From assembly GCA_050084515.1 (NCBI GenBank), contig CM114271.1:16368001-16432000 (forward strand): 64,000 nucleotides of DNA. Direction: 5' to 3'. Under the pieces are notes generated by a model, which did not search any database, was not told the origin of the DNA, and was given only the letters and a program-made list of their open reading frames with translations. Made by a program: the position numbers and the translations under genes. Shown piece by piece: positions 46,591-59,820 of this stretch. Numbering within the stretch: the first letter of the stretch is position 1; the number at the start of each line of letters is the position of its first letter. Origin of the DNA: Blasia pusilla. Its lineage: Eukaryota.

Positions 46591-49500
46591 ACCAACGGAA
46601 AGGTTCTTTTAGTATATTTATGAGTGGAGTCATACCTCAACGTTGATAATTTGGTCTTAGTGATTGCTATGTAGTTATCATTGGAGCAAAGCTTCACCAT
46701 GATCTTCACTAACTCGTTATTCATGTAAAAGAGATCAGAAACATATCCAAGAGAGCCATTAGTTGTTGGAACCTTTAAGTTAATGTTTGATGTAAGCATA
46801 ACTCTGCAATGCTTAGCTACAAATGGCAACTGATGGAATGTAGAATCATTTACCCATGAGATGAATTGAGTGGATGCAGGGGCATCAGTAAGTACATTAA
46901 CTTGGACAATGGAAGCATCACCAAAGCATCGCCTCAACGCAAGCAAATTAAATAATGAAACATCTTCATAATGTGTGCATATGATTGTGGTATGTGAAGA
47001 TGTGTAATTAATTGCCGCATCCTCAAACACAAAGCAATCTCCTAAGCACTTGTGTATTTTAGATTCTGAAGGTAATCTGATCGTGATGAAGTTAAGGAAC
47101 TCATTGTAGTAAGTATCTTCTGATTGTCGCATAGGCATGATCGTTGTATGTATCCCAGCATTAGTAAATAAGGGTGAGGAGGTAATATGGCACTTGCGAA
47201 AATAAGATGAAGTCTTATAATTGCACACATGGGGAAGTTGGCAGAGGTCACCAACAAGAATAACTAACTTTTCACCAAAGTGCTGGTTTAATCTCATTGG
47301 TGAAACTTCGTTAACACGCATCGCTACAATCTGGAGCAGCTTAGATGTTAGCATAGAGCACTCATCTATGAAAAAAACTTGGGTAGATCTCAACTTTGCA
47401 TAGGAGTCAGATGTAGTGTGCGTATGTGAAAAATCACCAGGAATAGGAATACCAAATGCAGAGTGCACTGTAGGACAACGACAATTCTTGTCGTGGCAGT
47501 AAGAAGTGGATACATTTTCCTAGATGACCAGAATTTGTACATTAATGATATAAAAAAGGATTTACCATAACCTGGAGGTCCAGAAAGGAGAATCAGCAGA
47601 TCTTATATTCCTTATTGTACTAAAGAGGCTTCTTTGTTCATCATTCAATAAACTAATGTTAGGATCAATGTTGTACTCTGGCATCAACTGTTGAGTATCC
47701 TGATCAGGTTGAGTTGAGTTAACAGTGGCAAGCATTGTGGCTAAGTCCATGGATAGTTCAAGCTGGAGTACTACGGTTGCTTTTGCTATGATTTCATATT
47801 CGTGAACTTGGTTCCATAGGTTTTGGACTACATGGGACTTAATAAAAGCATGTATATCATCCATAGACTTCACAATGTCTCTATAAATGCATTCATGCAA
47901 ATATGTCCAACGTTTAGACTTTGATGATAGAATGCTCTCTTCAGCGCAAAATGTGATTGCCCCAATAAAACAACATAGAAAAACTCATTCCACTGATGTT
48001 GAGGATGAAACTCTGTAAACCATACAACACAAATGGACTTAGCGACAATATTACTTAGCGTATCTAGTCCAATGATATCCTTGTTTTGCTTATTTGCTGT
48101 AGGTTTGATTATTTCATGGTTAGACCAATAGTGGATGAAATATGATCTTCAGCAACTACAAGTCTGTTACAATGTATGGTTACAGGATGAATGCACACAT
48201 TATATGCATTTTTGTAAAGGTTAGTCTTTCTGTTTGGTGGGTTACAATCAACATAGTGGAAAGCACGAGAACAGTAGATCATGGGGATTTGTAGAGAAGT
48301 CAAGGCAACTTTTGTTGAAGAAATTTTCCGATTGAGTATAACCCCTGAGACTAGTTGGAGCTTCACCTCGTCCAAACCTTCAAGACCAAGACACTTTGTT
48401 GATTACGTGTCTATATCTAGGAAACTTGTTGGTTCAGATTTCAAGGCATATTTGAGCAAGTAGTAAGACCCATCTGCATTGGTAACTCTTTGGATGTTCA
48501 TATGAGCTCCCCATAAAATTAGAAGGAGAGGGTGATAAAGGATGACATTTCGGTGTTCTAGAGAGGGTCTATAATAATTCCATTTCATACTGGTAGGATC
48601 AATGAATGGATCAGGGTTAAGGTTGACGCTACTGGGGAAGTCGAGGCGACAATAAGGCTTGGATGATCTTGTCCTAATGATGCAAACTCCCTCCTTGCAC
48701 CTATGAAGTTGATTATGCAAGACTAAGTCTAGAAGAACATGAGAGGGCCGTGCTTTCTTTTGCATATCAGCAAGAAGATAATTCCTCGTGTCAAGAGTGT
48801 AAGCACAACTCTCTGTTGTTACGCGATCCAGGTGAGTTGCATCTATCCACAATATCATGTGGCATTGGAGGCTCCCTCTTCCTTGAAGTTCATAGCGTGG
48901 GAGATAGTCGTGCACTTTACCAAGTAATTTTGGACCTGAGAAAATGATACGTGAAAGGAATGAATGAAGTCTAACATCGAAAAGTTGCGCGCACTCAGCT
49001 GGAGCATCACGCTATGTGAAGGTTGGGTAAATTTGGTAACAATTGATTCTAAATCATTAAATTCAGACGAGCAAGTGGCAGAGACCTCATCAGATGTAAG
49101 TGTCAGGAATAGGTGGGGCATACCCCAAGCGTGAACCATTGCTTTCAAATCCTTAAGTTGACGTCTATACCAGGCTGTTTAGAAAGATGTGGTTTTTCTT
49201 TTCTGAGCTTATCCAACTCTTTATTGAGTACAAATGTACGTGAATTTGAGCAAAGTGCAATAGACTGACGTAGTTGATACATGAGCAATGGGTATGGCAT
49301 ATACCACGAGAAATGGGCTAAATATTTGACACGATCTATTCCTTATATACTCTAAGAATATGGTGAGACCAGAAAAAAAAGCCACGATGAAATGGAAATA
49401 GAAATGGGAAAGACGCGGTCTCTATTGTTAGTTTTGGATCAAGTGACGTACCACATGCATCTGTCAATAAGGCTTCCCGTGAAGATACACTTGCATGGAG

Positions 49501-50300
49501 GGAAATACTTCCATTTTCATAAATATTTGTTGATGTTCTTCTTTGAACATGCAAAGAATAGGTTACATCATGTAGAATGTTTAGCTCGGGGTGATAGGGG
49601 TCGTGATGCATGTTGTGGGTGACCTGACCCTTCTCCTGAGATGCTCTAATTATGGTATGGAGAGAAGATGCAGGGAGAATAACTAGACATGATGAAGGAC
49701 TTGGCAACTCTAATAGAGTCTTGTAATCTTTCAATAACGGGTTAACTTGCAAGTTCATTGATAGAATTTGTCTCAAGGCAGGTGGGATAGGGGAGCTACT
49801 AGGAACAAAATGGTCTTTGAGGTTAAAACCAATCAAAGGTGAATCCAACAAGGAGGTCATGGAAAAGAAAGCCTTGTGGAAACCATTGAATTTCCTCTCT
49901 ACACCAATTCTAGTGTCTACTAAAGATAAAAGTTGTCCTTGGAGAGGATCCATGGTGAGGATTGATCTAAGATGGAGTCATGTACACATTGAAGTGTGTA
50001 CGTGGCTTATCTGCAATGCAGGTGTCACACACATAGAATTTACCAGGTCATGGTGTTATGTGGTCTTTCAAAAAACCATTGCATAAAGCATATGGTGGAT
50101 TTGAATCACATTCAAGTAAGCACATTTGTGAACGAGGACTACAATACAGGACATATCCACAATACCCACAACATTGTATCTGTTATATTGATAGTGAGCA
50201 TAATGAATCCCATTGTCTCATGTACAAGTCTGCGGATGACCATGTGTGGCATTGTGGCCTATATTGCATTATTCTCAAAAGAGCAACTCTGCTTCTTGTG
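46480..50300 (-). mobile_element. Decayed Helitron Rep/Helicase gene
   Basis: Rep motifs HLFLTLT, RYELQGRGSLQCHMILW (degenerate HUH), YLLKYALK. Pif1-type helicase motifs IDECSM, LVGDLCQLP, MRQ, NGSLG, FPLVLGYAMTPHKS. Frameshifted; element ends not located. Confidence 0.85.
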
Positions 50301-51599
50301 GATGCTCAGAACATGCTTAACCTATTTTTGTTAAAAAGTATGAGCCTTCTCGTAGATTTTTTCTTGGAGATATTATGTAGACTTGATTGGTTTTTGCGCC
50401 CCATCTCACTAGTTCTATGATTGTAAAATCACGATGTATTGTATTGGCAGCGGTTTGGAGCACTTGCAAGAGTTTCTTTAACTTAGCTAAGTAATTATAT
50501 AAGTAGAGGTCATATGGAGCAAATTTTTTGATGATTATGAAATCAACATGCACCGTAATAGTGGTTATGAGTAGCACTATAATTATTCTTATGGTCTGGT
50601 ATGGGTTCGAGATATATTCAGATCTGGATGTAGAATTGCAATTATGAACCTTAGCAAGGTACACCCGAGCACTAGTGGAGTTGCTCCATTGGAGAAACAA
50701 CACTTGTTTGTTAAAAGTACATTACCACAGGCCGAGCACATAACAAGGTTCAAAGCTAAGTTCTTTGAACTAATACATGGCACAAAATACTCACAAAGCA
50801 CAAATTGCATTGCTCATAGCATCTAATGATGGTTTGAGTCTCTCCCAGGCAATTGCTAATCTTGATGAATGGTTTAGAGGTATTGATCTAACAAATGGCA
50901 GCTGATATTGATTTTGTACTATGGATGGATCAAGGAAATATTGGAGAATATGCTATGTTGTGCATTTTTGCACAAGAAAGTTCATGAACGACATGGAGTC
51001 ATGCTGACTTAAGCATTAAGTGCAAGTTTTGGGAATCTCCTGAAGTAGATGGTGTGCTTAGCTTTAATATGGCAATTGGACTTAACAATTCATATAGGTA
51101 AAAATAACAATTAGCTTAAAGTTCGTTGTACTTTGCAAAGATGCAGGCAGATGGAATGACTCAACATCTCAATAAAATCATAGAGCAGCCCTTGATGCAG
51201 CGCATTGCCATGAGCCTAAGCATGAGAGGCATTGGTTTTATTTTGGCCTAAAGGGATCATCTACTGGAAAAACAAGCTTCTCCTCAACTAGGTGGAAGTG
51301 TGGTGCAACCAAAAATTAATCAAACCACAAAACTGAAGAGTTGCACTTATTGTGGTAAATTAACATAAGTTCTGTGTATGCCAAGGGTTGGTTTATCTTT
51401 GTTTAAGGAAAGTATCTGCTTGAAATAGATTTTCCTTTCAAGTATGGTGGTACTGTTGTAGAGTCAGTGATGAAGCTAATATTGAAGTAGGTAAGTAAGA
51501 AAATAATGAAGGAATGGGATGTTTATTATAGGATTAGAGAAAGATTTTTCCAGAAAAAGTGAAGCCCAAAAATACCATGCGTGAAACTAGAATAAGTTA

Positions 51600-51982
51600 T
51601 ATTGTGTGTATACATATTGCTACACAAACCACATCGCTGGTCACATCTACACACCACACAACACCGATCTTTCCCAACATACAGGTAGACCGACACATAA
51701 ATGAAACATACTCATGCATATACACTGGGACCCCACAACAAAATCAAGAGTATTGAAAACGACTCACCCAGCCTGAAACTCCACTCATGAATCTACATCG
51801 ACATATCAAACAAAATCCACCCTCTGCTATGAGGAAATCCGGACGCTAGCACCCTAACTCCTACACAACCACACACGTCCATGCAAGAGAGGCGCTCCTA
51901 AGGCTCAACATGAGAAAGATGGCTTGAGAAAGCCATCTCTCTCACTCTTATATCCTTGGAAAGAGCCAAAAAGCTCTTCCCA
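51600..51982 (-). repeat. 3' end (partial A, then B) of a diverged third copy of the MTase retrotransposon
   Basis: Homologous to A2-B2 of copy 2, with the same A|B junction at 51739/51740. Homology stops at the B terminus. Confidence 0.8.
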
Positions 51983-52065
51983 AGCCATGCAATCGGGTTG
52001 AGGGCCAGTTGGAGAGGCCCGGGTGTCTTTCCCTAAATGTAGGGAACCCCGAAGATCCCTAGAAA

Positions 52066-53653
52066 TCTGGCTCTCCATAGCCAACAAGCCCAAATAGGCT
52101 GACGTATGCCATCCTGGCACCAACTCCTCATCACTCTCACCATGCCAACGAGCTCCAGTCACATCTCGCTAACTTGGGCATGGGTTAACGCTCAAACCAT
52201 CTGCATCTTGGTTGAGCTTCCCAGGTCTATGAAACACTTGGAAGTCATACTCTTGCAACAAAAGAGCCCACCTCGCAAGCTTTCGTATAAGCTTGTCGGA
52301 CTCCATCGAACACTTAAGTGGCTGATGATCACTAATGATGGTAAAGGGATTTCCGAATAGATAACATCTAAAATGTGCAACAACCCACACTGCAGCCAAG
52401 CACTCACTCTCATACGAGCTATACTTCACCTCTGCACCTTTGTTCGAGCAACTAGCGTAAGCCACCACGAACTCTCTACCATCATAGTCATGTTGGGTGA
52501 GCACGGCTCCAAGCCCCAACATGCTCCAATCGGTATGAAACTAGAAAGAACGCCCCCTGATCGGTCTCCTCAATATGGGCGCGGACGTCAATCTTTCCTT
52601 GAGCATCTGAAATGCTCTCTCTTGCTCATCCCCCCAATGCCACTCCTGATCCACCTTGGTCATCAAGGTTAGTGGCTTTGCAATTGAATTGAAAGTAACA
52701 TTGATAGAAGTTCGCCAATCTTATGAATGCATGAACTCAACTCATATTTGTAGGGCGTGGAATGCGTGAAATAGCCTCTACCTTTGTCTGTTGCATACCA
52801 AGGCCCCCTGGGTATATCGTATGACCCAAGTACTAAATTTGGCCATAGAAGAACTTCCACTTGCCTGGATGTAGCTTTAGCCCATGTAACTGCAATTGTC
52901 GAAACACCTCCTCTAGTTGTTGCTCATGCTTCTCAACCGTGGTGGTCGATCAATGCTTGATCACACAAGATCTGAAACTCCCTACGGAACTCTGTACCCT
53001 GGTTTTTCAACACCTCAGTCGGTGCGCCGTAATGACTCAACACTCGATCTAGGAAGGCATACGCTACTCCCTCACTTGTTTTTTCAGGCAATGCAACCAA
53101 CTCTATCCACTTTGAGAAGTGCTTGACCATCACCAATACATAACGACTATGGCGCTCTGTCAAAGGCAAAGGTCATGCAAAATCCAAACTCCATCTATAA
53201 CCTAAACCCATGATTGGAAGCGGATGCAACTGTGGAGTTGGAGCATTGAACGATGCTCGAACTCAATCACACACCATGCATTTGGCAACAAACTGCTGAA
53301 CGTCAGTCTGCATGCCTCGCCACCAATACTGAATCTGGAGCAAGCTATATGTCCGCTTCACTCCAAAATGACCCAACTCCTCATGGGCATGACGCACCAA
53401 ACGTGCTCTCTGCAAAGGATGAGGCACTACACGCACTCTGCCATCCTCCCACACTCGCAACACATGTGTGCCCTCCCATCAGAACACTCTAGCTCATTGT
53501 AGGATCAGATCCCACTCTCTAGCACCCACTGTACTCGCGACGCTGCTAGTACGCAAGTACTCCAAGACCACTCCATCGTCGTGAATGTCTCGGCCACCTG
53601 TCCTCTCCTCACCGACCTCTGGATCTAACGACTCTCCATCAGACCTCGCCATC
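52066..53653 (-). pseudogene. Rearranged RT/RNase H/integrase fragment of the same family
   Basis: HAHEELGHFG, CMVCD, LGLGAVLT, DADGLS and GWHTSAYL all match copy 2, but the integrase part lies upstream of the RT/RH part. Confidence 0.85.
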
Positions 53654-53654
53654 G

Positions 53655-54095
53655 AAGTAAGGGAGGAGTCTCTCCAAGATGTCTTGGAACACGAATCCCC
53701 ACTTTGAGCACCAAACGGCATCTTAGAGGCAAGGGATGGAATGGGAGTTTGGCGTTGGAACTCGAAACCCAAACTTGATCCAAGGGAGTGGACTTTGTAT
53801 GCCACACTTGGATTCCAACCTGAGATTCACTTTGTATGAGTCTCGGTTAGGGACTCAGTGGATGTCCATCGAACAGTTGGAACTGCCAGGCGTGAAACGC
53901 GGTTTGAGGTTCCTGAACCGACCAAAAAGTATGTCCCAAGTCTTGTGAGATTTGCCTGTGTTGTAAACCGTGAAACCAGGAAGGTTGAGCTTGATGAGAG
54001 ACCGAGATGAGAACTCGGAAAGTTAGCCCGCTGATTGATCCAAGACCCGACTAACCTAAGCGTGTGTTCAGATACAGATCAGCATTGTTAGTGTA
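53655..54095 (+). repeat. 3' part of an LTR of the solo-LTR family (its preceding part is at 51989-52065)
   Basis: Collinear with 58620-59060. Confidence 0.85.
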
Positions 54096-55964
54096 ACCCA
54101 AGCCTCTCATTAGGAGAGTGGGTTTGGTTTGACATTGAGAGAGACATGTGAGAGTGCACATATGTAAGAACTATGGTGTTGTGAGAGAGATTGGATCATA
54201 TTTTACAAAGAGAGATTAAGTGAGTGAGAGAGCTTCATGGGGGAGCTTGCTGGTTGCTTGAGATTTGGTGCAAGTTGGGGGACCGTGTTCCCCGCTTCAT
54301 GGCTCATGGGAGTGCTCACCGGAGTAAGAGCCATGCGAGTTTGCTATTTTTCTTTGGTGATTTTTTGTACGGGAGAGTCGCACTCGGAAGCGTTATCCAA
54401 TTTTTGATAGGAATTGAGAATGGGGGCATATTGCTCCTTGTCGATGCTCTCAAGAGCACCATGTAGCTTGTTGATTTGTGTTCTCACAGGTTATACGTTT
54501 TTGTTGGGAGAAATTAGCGCGGAAGCGCTGCTGAATTTTGTGTAGGAGAAAGAGACATTGAGCTTTACAACAGTCCCTATCAACTTTTACTGGAATGTTC
54601 AATTCAAAATATGTTTTAATGCGGTCTTAGATTGTAAAGCTATGCATGCTATGCAATAAATGGTGTGTAATTTGGAGTTGCGAGCAAAAAGTTATGTTCA
54701 ATCTTGCAAAATTGCCATTGCAAGGCAATTTTAAGGGTTAAATTGTTCAAACCCTAAATCAGCCGCCGCGCCGGCGGCGGCCGTCGCCGTCATAGTCACC
54801 ATCAATGGTCTGCCATCAACGGTCAACCATCACCGTCAATGGTCTACCATCCATCAACGGTCGTTTCCGCCTAGGATTGCTCAAAGCCGCGTTCGGCCGT
54901 TGTCCACCCTTGGTTGCCATTGCCGCCATTACGGAATGGAGGGTCTTCCACGATGACCGTTGATTCTCTTACTTGCGCCGCCACCACGTATTTTGTTTTG
55001 TCACCATCATCACAGTTTTTTCATCAACCAATGATGGTAGATGACCTTGGGTTATGGTATTTGAGTTTTCATTTCATGTTGTTATGTTGTGATTGATAGC
55101 CGCTCGACGACGATCGAGTACCATGTCGTGACGCCCGTAGTCGCTGATTTCCGCGCCGTGCCGCTCGTGGCCACACCGTACCATCTCGATCGTGGAGCCG
55201 CTCTTTCACTAAGGAACAAAGCTTATGAATTGTTGATTGAGGAGGGTATGCTGCCAAGTGCCATGCCGTTTGTAGCCGTTCGGTGCCGCAAGTGCCGCAT
55301 CGGACCATTGGACATGCACCACACATCGAGGAGGTTTGAGCAGCGTCAGTATAAGAGGAGTACGACTTGCTGATTGGAGGAGTTGTCTTCACGACCAATT
55401 TGGGGTTGAGATTTGTAGTTTCCGAGGAGAGACATCAACATTATTGTCAGGTTACCCATTCTGGTCTCTTACCCTGCACGTGTGAAGGATTTTTGGGTAT
55501 TGGGAAGTTATTTGGGATATTAGGTTTCGTTCTGATGTTGAGAACATTGATGATGTATGGGTTTAGGGGACATAGACCTGTGTGGGATGTCCATAGTTGA
55601 GGATGGTTTGTCGATGAGATAATAGATCAGTTGATTTGCCGGACCGCGCCGCTTGTTGCCGCACAACACACGTCTCAGTGAGATAATGTAGATTGAGTGC
55701 CGCATGTTTAGTTTTAGTGATTGAGGGAGTACTCGCAAGATTGAGAGTGATCGTGTAAGAGGGGCACAAGGGCTATCTCGGCGTCCTTTTGGGATTTTGA
55801 GAGGTGAGGTAGTGGACCTAAGAGTAGCTCTGGAGGGTTTACCCGGAGTGGTGCGAGGTTTCGAGGGTCTCCACGTGAGAGACCACCTCGATCTCCTTTT
55901 GTGTCATTTTCAGACAAGGGAGAGCGTGTAGAGGAGTGTGTTAGTGATCCACCATACACATTGA

Positions 55965-58900
55965 GTGGTCCTACTAGTTGGGCGTACAAGATACCAGGGT
56001 AGAGGACCGAGTAGGTTTTTGGGTGCTGTAAGCACTATAGAACTACACGACTTCATTGTGGAGTTTAGGAGTTGGTGTAACTCACAACGGGCTAGGAACT
56101 TTAGAGAGTTCAATAGGTTTACATCATGGAATGGTATGTTCCAGCATTTAGAGGGGGCGCCCATGGACGATTACCGTGAGTTCTCCCACAGATATGCCCA
56201 AGAGATTGAGGCATAGTGATTATACTATGATCCACACTAGGTGTCATGGACGGAGCCGTTCCCAGAGGAGGAGGAGGAGTTAGCAGAGGTTAATTCCTCT
56301 TCCATTAGTGATGTTTTAGGAGGGATGACTCGTATTGGAGCAGTTGCATCGTCTAGTCGGGTTCATCCCACGTTCAATCCCGTGGTCGAGTTCTTCGCTC
56401 AGTTGAGGGTGAGCTACCATGGGGTACGGACGGAGAAATTGCGGAGCATCCATGAATTCCAGAGGCACCTGGGTGAGAGTTTGTGTGAGGCTTACACTCG
56501 CTTGCACCGGTTGATCAACGTCATTCAGGGGGTGAGAGAGGCTCATGCTATCCAGTTATGGTACGCGATGTTGAATAGGACCCTGCGGACACGGGTGCGG
56601 GAGGGGGTGCTTCTTATGAACACCTCCTCTATGTTGAGAGTTGTTTTTAGGACCGCCAAGAATATTGAGCGCAACATGGCGGAGGAGAGCGTCCCCACCA
56701 TGGGTTTTGGGGGAGAGCAGTCACGATTTTCTACACCGCCAATGCAGCAACGTGGACTCCGAGATAGGTCGGCTGTGGCACCACGAGCTCAAGGAGGATA
56801 CGGAAAGGCCATGCCACATAGACCTGCGCCTTCATATGCGGCTCAGCAATAGCCATCTATGATTACTTGTTGGTCATATGGTGGATCCCATCATCAACGC
56901 GATTGCATTGGTCAGGGTCATGGACGTGTGCCTCAGCATGAAGGAGGAGATGATGCTGCCCCAGGAGGTTATCAGTGTGACTATTGTGAGAGGTATGGTC
57001 ACACACGCGCCCGGTGTTTGAGTTTACATCCTGAGTTACTTCCGGACCGAGGGCCAGAGAGGGCACCAGAGCGAGTAGTCGGACTGGGTGGGCCTAGAGA
57101 ACGTCCACGTGGTGGTCCTATTGGGGGACGAGGAGCTAGAGTTGCCCGACATGATGGTGGAGCTGCCCATGGAGGAGGTAGAGTCCCACCACCTAGATGT
57201 GTCAAGAGAGATGCCATGCGTGAGGCTGGGATGGCTGCTTAGATACAATATCTATAAGACCAGATTACCGCGATGACATTAAGGTTACCCGATGCCGAAT
57301 CCATGGCATCGACATCATATGGAGCAGCCAACAATATGGAGGATCCTGGATGGATATGCGGGTATGCGTAGATGGAGGCCACCGCAATTGTGACGCCTAG
57401 AGCAGCTGTAGAGTTGGATCCACAGCCACGGGAAGCCACGAAACAGACCAGGCTTCCTTAGTCTTTCACGTTGACCGAGGCGATGAGGACCCCATCGATG
57501 GGTTCTGATCAGAGTTCCTGGAGAGTTTGTGATGTTGTTGGTATGCAAGCACGGAGGGCGATGGGAGAAGCGAGTGCGACGACTCCTATTGTGCATGCTG
57601 ATGCTCAATAGGGGCATGTGTTGAGCACGTTGTTGGGGGCGGCCACCATTGTGTATCGCGCTCCTTTATTTTCTGTTTCCGATGTTATGATGTTGGGAGG
57701 TACGCCTGCCGAGGTTTTCCTGCTGGCCACTATGCTATGTGAGCGTGGAGTTGGAGTTCCTGCATCACGTTCAGAGGTGATTGGAGAGGAGATGATGGAC
57801 CTGCCCTTGGAGCTGATGCTCAGGCCCTCCACATCAGATTCTTGGCAGGGTGCGACTGCTAGGATGGCGGAGATGCCTGCTAGACCCGCGATAGAGCATG
57901 CCATGGCTTCTCATGGTGTTTTTTTGCTGAATAATTGGAGAGAGGTCTTCCACTTGGTGAGCCCAAGAGGTAGAGCTTTTAGTCCGCAACGCGTCTTGTT
58001 GGATTCAACAGCGCAACCCCTGATGTTGGAGAGAGCGTCATTTAGAGGATTGATCTTGACAAGAGCCGATGTGGAGCATTGTCCATTCCAGATACAAAAA
58101 TCCTTGTGTCGCGACCCTCATAACCAAACAACACCAAATAGGTGCCAAACGAAACATCAGAACTCAAGTGAACTCACGTTGCGAGGTTTGCGCTTTGGAG
58201 AGGCGTTTGGAAAAGTCCAAGAGACGAAACGCGGAACAGAGTTGTGTGTTTCATGCGTTAGTGGTCGCAACTAGGAAACCTAGACCGAACGCGAGCCAAG
58301 ACTTGAGATGAGTTGAGTCTTGGGAGGTTGGTTGCAAAAGAGGTGAGAACCAGTTTGAAACACGATTAGCGTTTGGGATAATCTGACTGTGTTTAGGACC
58401 ATAACGTTAAGCTCCAAGATGCGTTCGGGAAAAATAAGGACGTGTTGGAAAGCTTATCCCAAGACACTTACAACGAACCAAAGATATTAGAAAATGCATA
58501 AGTACAGATTGAGATATTGGCCGAAAATGACTGTGAGAGCAATCGGGTTGAGGGCCAATTGGAGAGGCCGGATGTCTTTCCCTTAATGTAGGAGGCCCCT
58601 GGAGATCCCCAAAAGTACTAGTAAGGGAGGAGTGTCTCCGAGATATCTCAGAATATAAATTCCCACTTTGGGCGCCAAACGGCGTTTCAGAGGCACGGGA
58701 TGGAACGGGAGTTTGGCGTTGGAACTTGAAACTCAAACCTGATCAAAGGGAGTGGACTTTGTATGCCACACTTGGATTCCAACCCGAGATTCACTTTGTG
58801 CGAGTCTTTGGGGGAACTCATTGGATGTCCATCGGACAGTTGGAACCGCTAGGCGCAAAACATTGTTTCAGGTTCTTGAACCGACCAGAAAGTCTATCCC

Positions 58901-59820
58901 AAGTCTTTCGAGACTTGCCCGTGTTGTAAACTGCGAAACTATGAAGGTTGAGCTTGATGAGAGTCCGAGACGAGAACTCAGAAAGTTAGCCCGCTGATTG
59001 ATCCAAGACCGGACTAACTAGAGTGCGTGTTTGGATGCAGATCAGCGTTGAGAGCGTGACCTACTAAACGCACGCTTGCGCAACAAACAAGATTAACGTT
59101 TAAGGAGAGTAGGCGCATGACACCTTGGGTGGAGCGAGTACCACACAATATATCACCCGACAAGAGGTCCTTATGAGGATTCGCCCGGGACATCCTACAT
59201 ATGAATCTCTGGTGCGAGCCAAGGCGATAGTGACTAATGTAGAGTCCTACGATGTCTTGGTTGGTGGAGCATGGTTATACCCGATGGGGTTTTCCCTGGA
59301 TTACTAGGAGGATTTAACTTCCTACACACTAGGATGGCAGTCGGGTGATGGGCGCCTTAGCTCATTACCCGTTCAATTCAGAGTTGCTCTGATCGAGCGA
59401 CGGCCAGGAGAGATGGCGACCTTAGCAGCATTTAGCAGTGCCATCACTTGGCCTAGTGATTTGATTGAGGGATATGTCCATGCAAATTATATTTCCGTTC
59501 TTGATATTTGTATGGAGAGGAGTTTCATGGTAGCCGCATCAGTTCGTGGAGGAGAGGTGCTGCCTTAGGGCTTGACTAAGGAGCTTCGACGCTTAGCCAT
59601 TGACCATATGCAGACCGTGTGGAGCGAGACGCTTGCACTAGAGTGTGACAGGTCAGAGGAACTCCACGTAGGCAGGAGTGCTGCTATGACCCCTTTGGAC
59701 ACCACCCCTATTGTGTGGTGCATCCCAAAGGAAGGTTTTCGGGTGTTGGATCTCTTTGAAGGGATCAACACTGGGTTAGTTGTTGTTTTGCACGCTGGAG
59801 TGCCCGTGCAGCAATTATTC
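55965..59820 (+). mobile_element. Diverged fourth copy (subfamily) of the MTase retrotransposon: gag, protease, MTase N-terminus; 3'-truncated
   Basis: FQHLEGAPMDDY, CDYCERYGHTRARC, RVLLDSTAQPL, YDVLVGG, PKEGFRVLDLFEGINTGL. Confidence 0.85.
58107..59122 (+). mobile_element. Solo LTR (1016 bp) of an unrelated family, inserted in the protease of copy 4
   Basis: TGTCGCG...CATGACA termini with a perfect 5-bp TSD CCTTG (58102-58106, 59123-59127). The protease sequence resumes after it. Confidence 0.9.
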
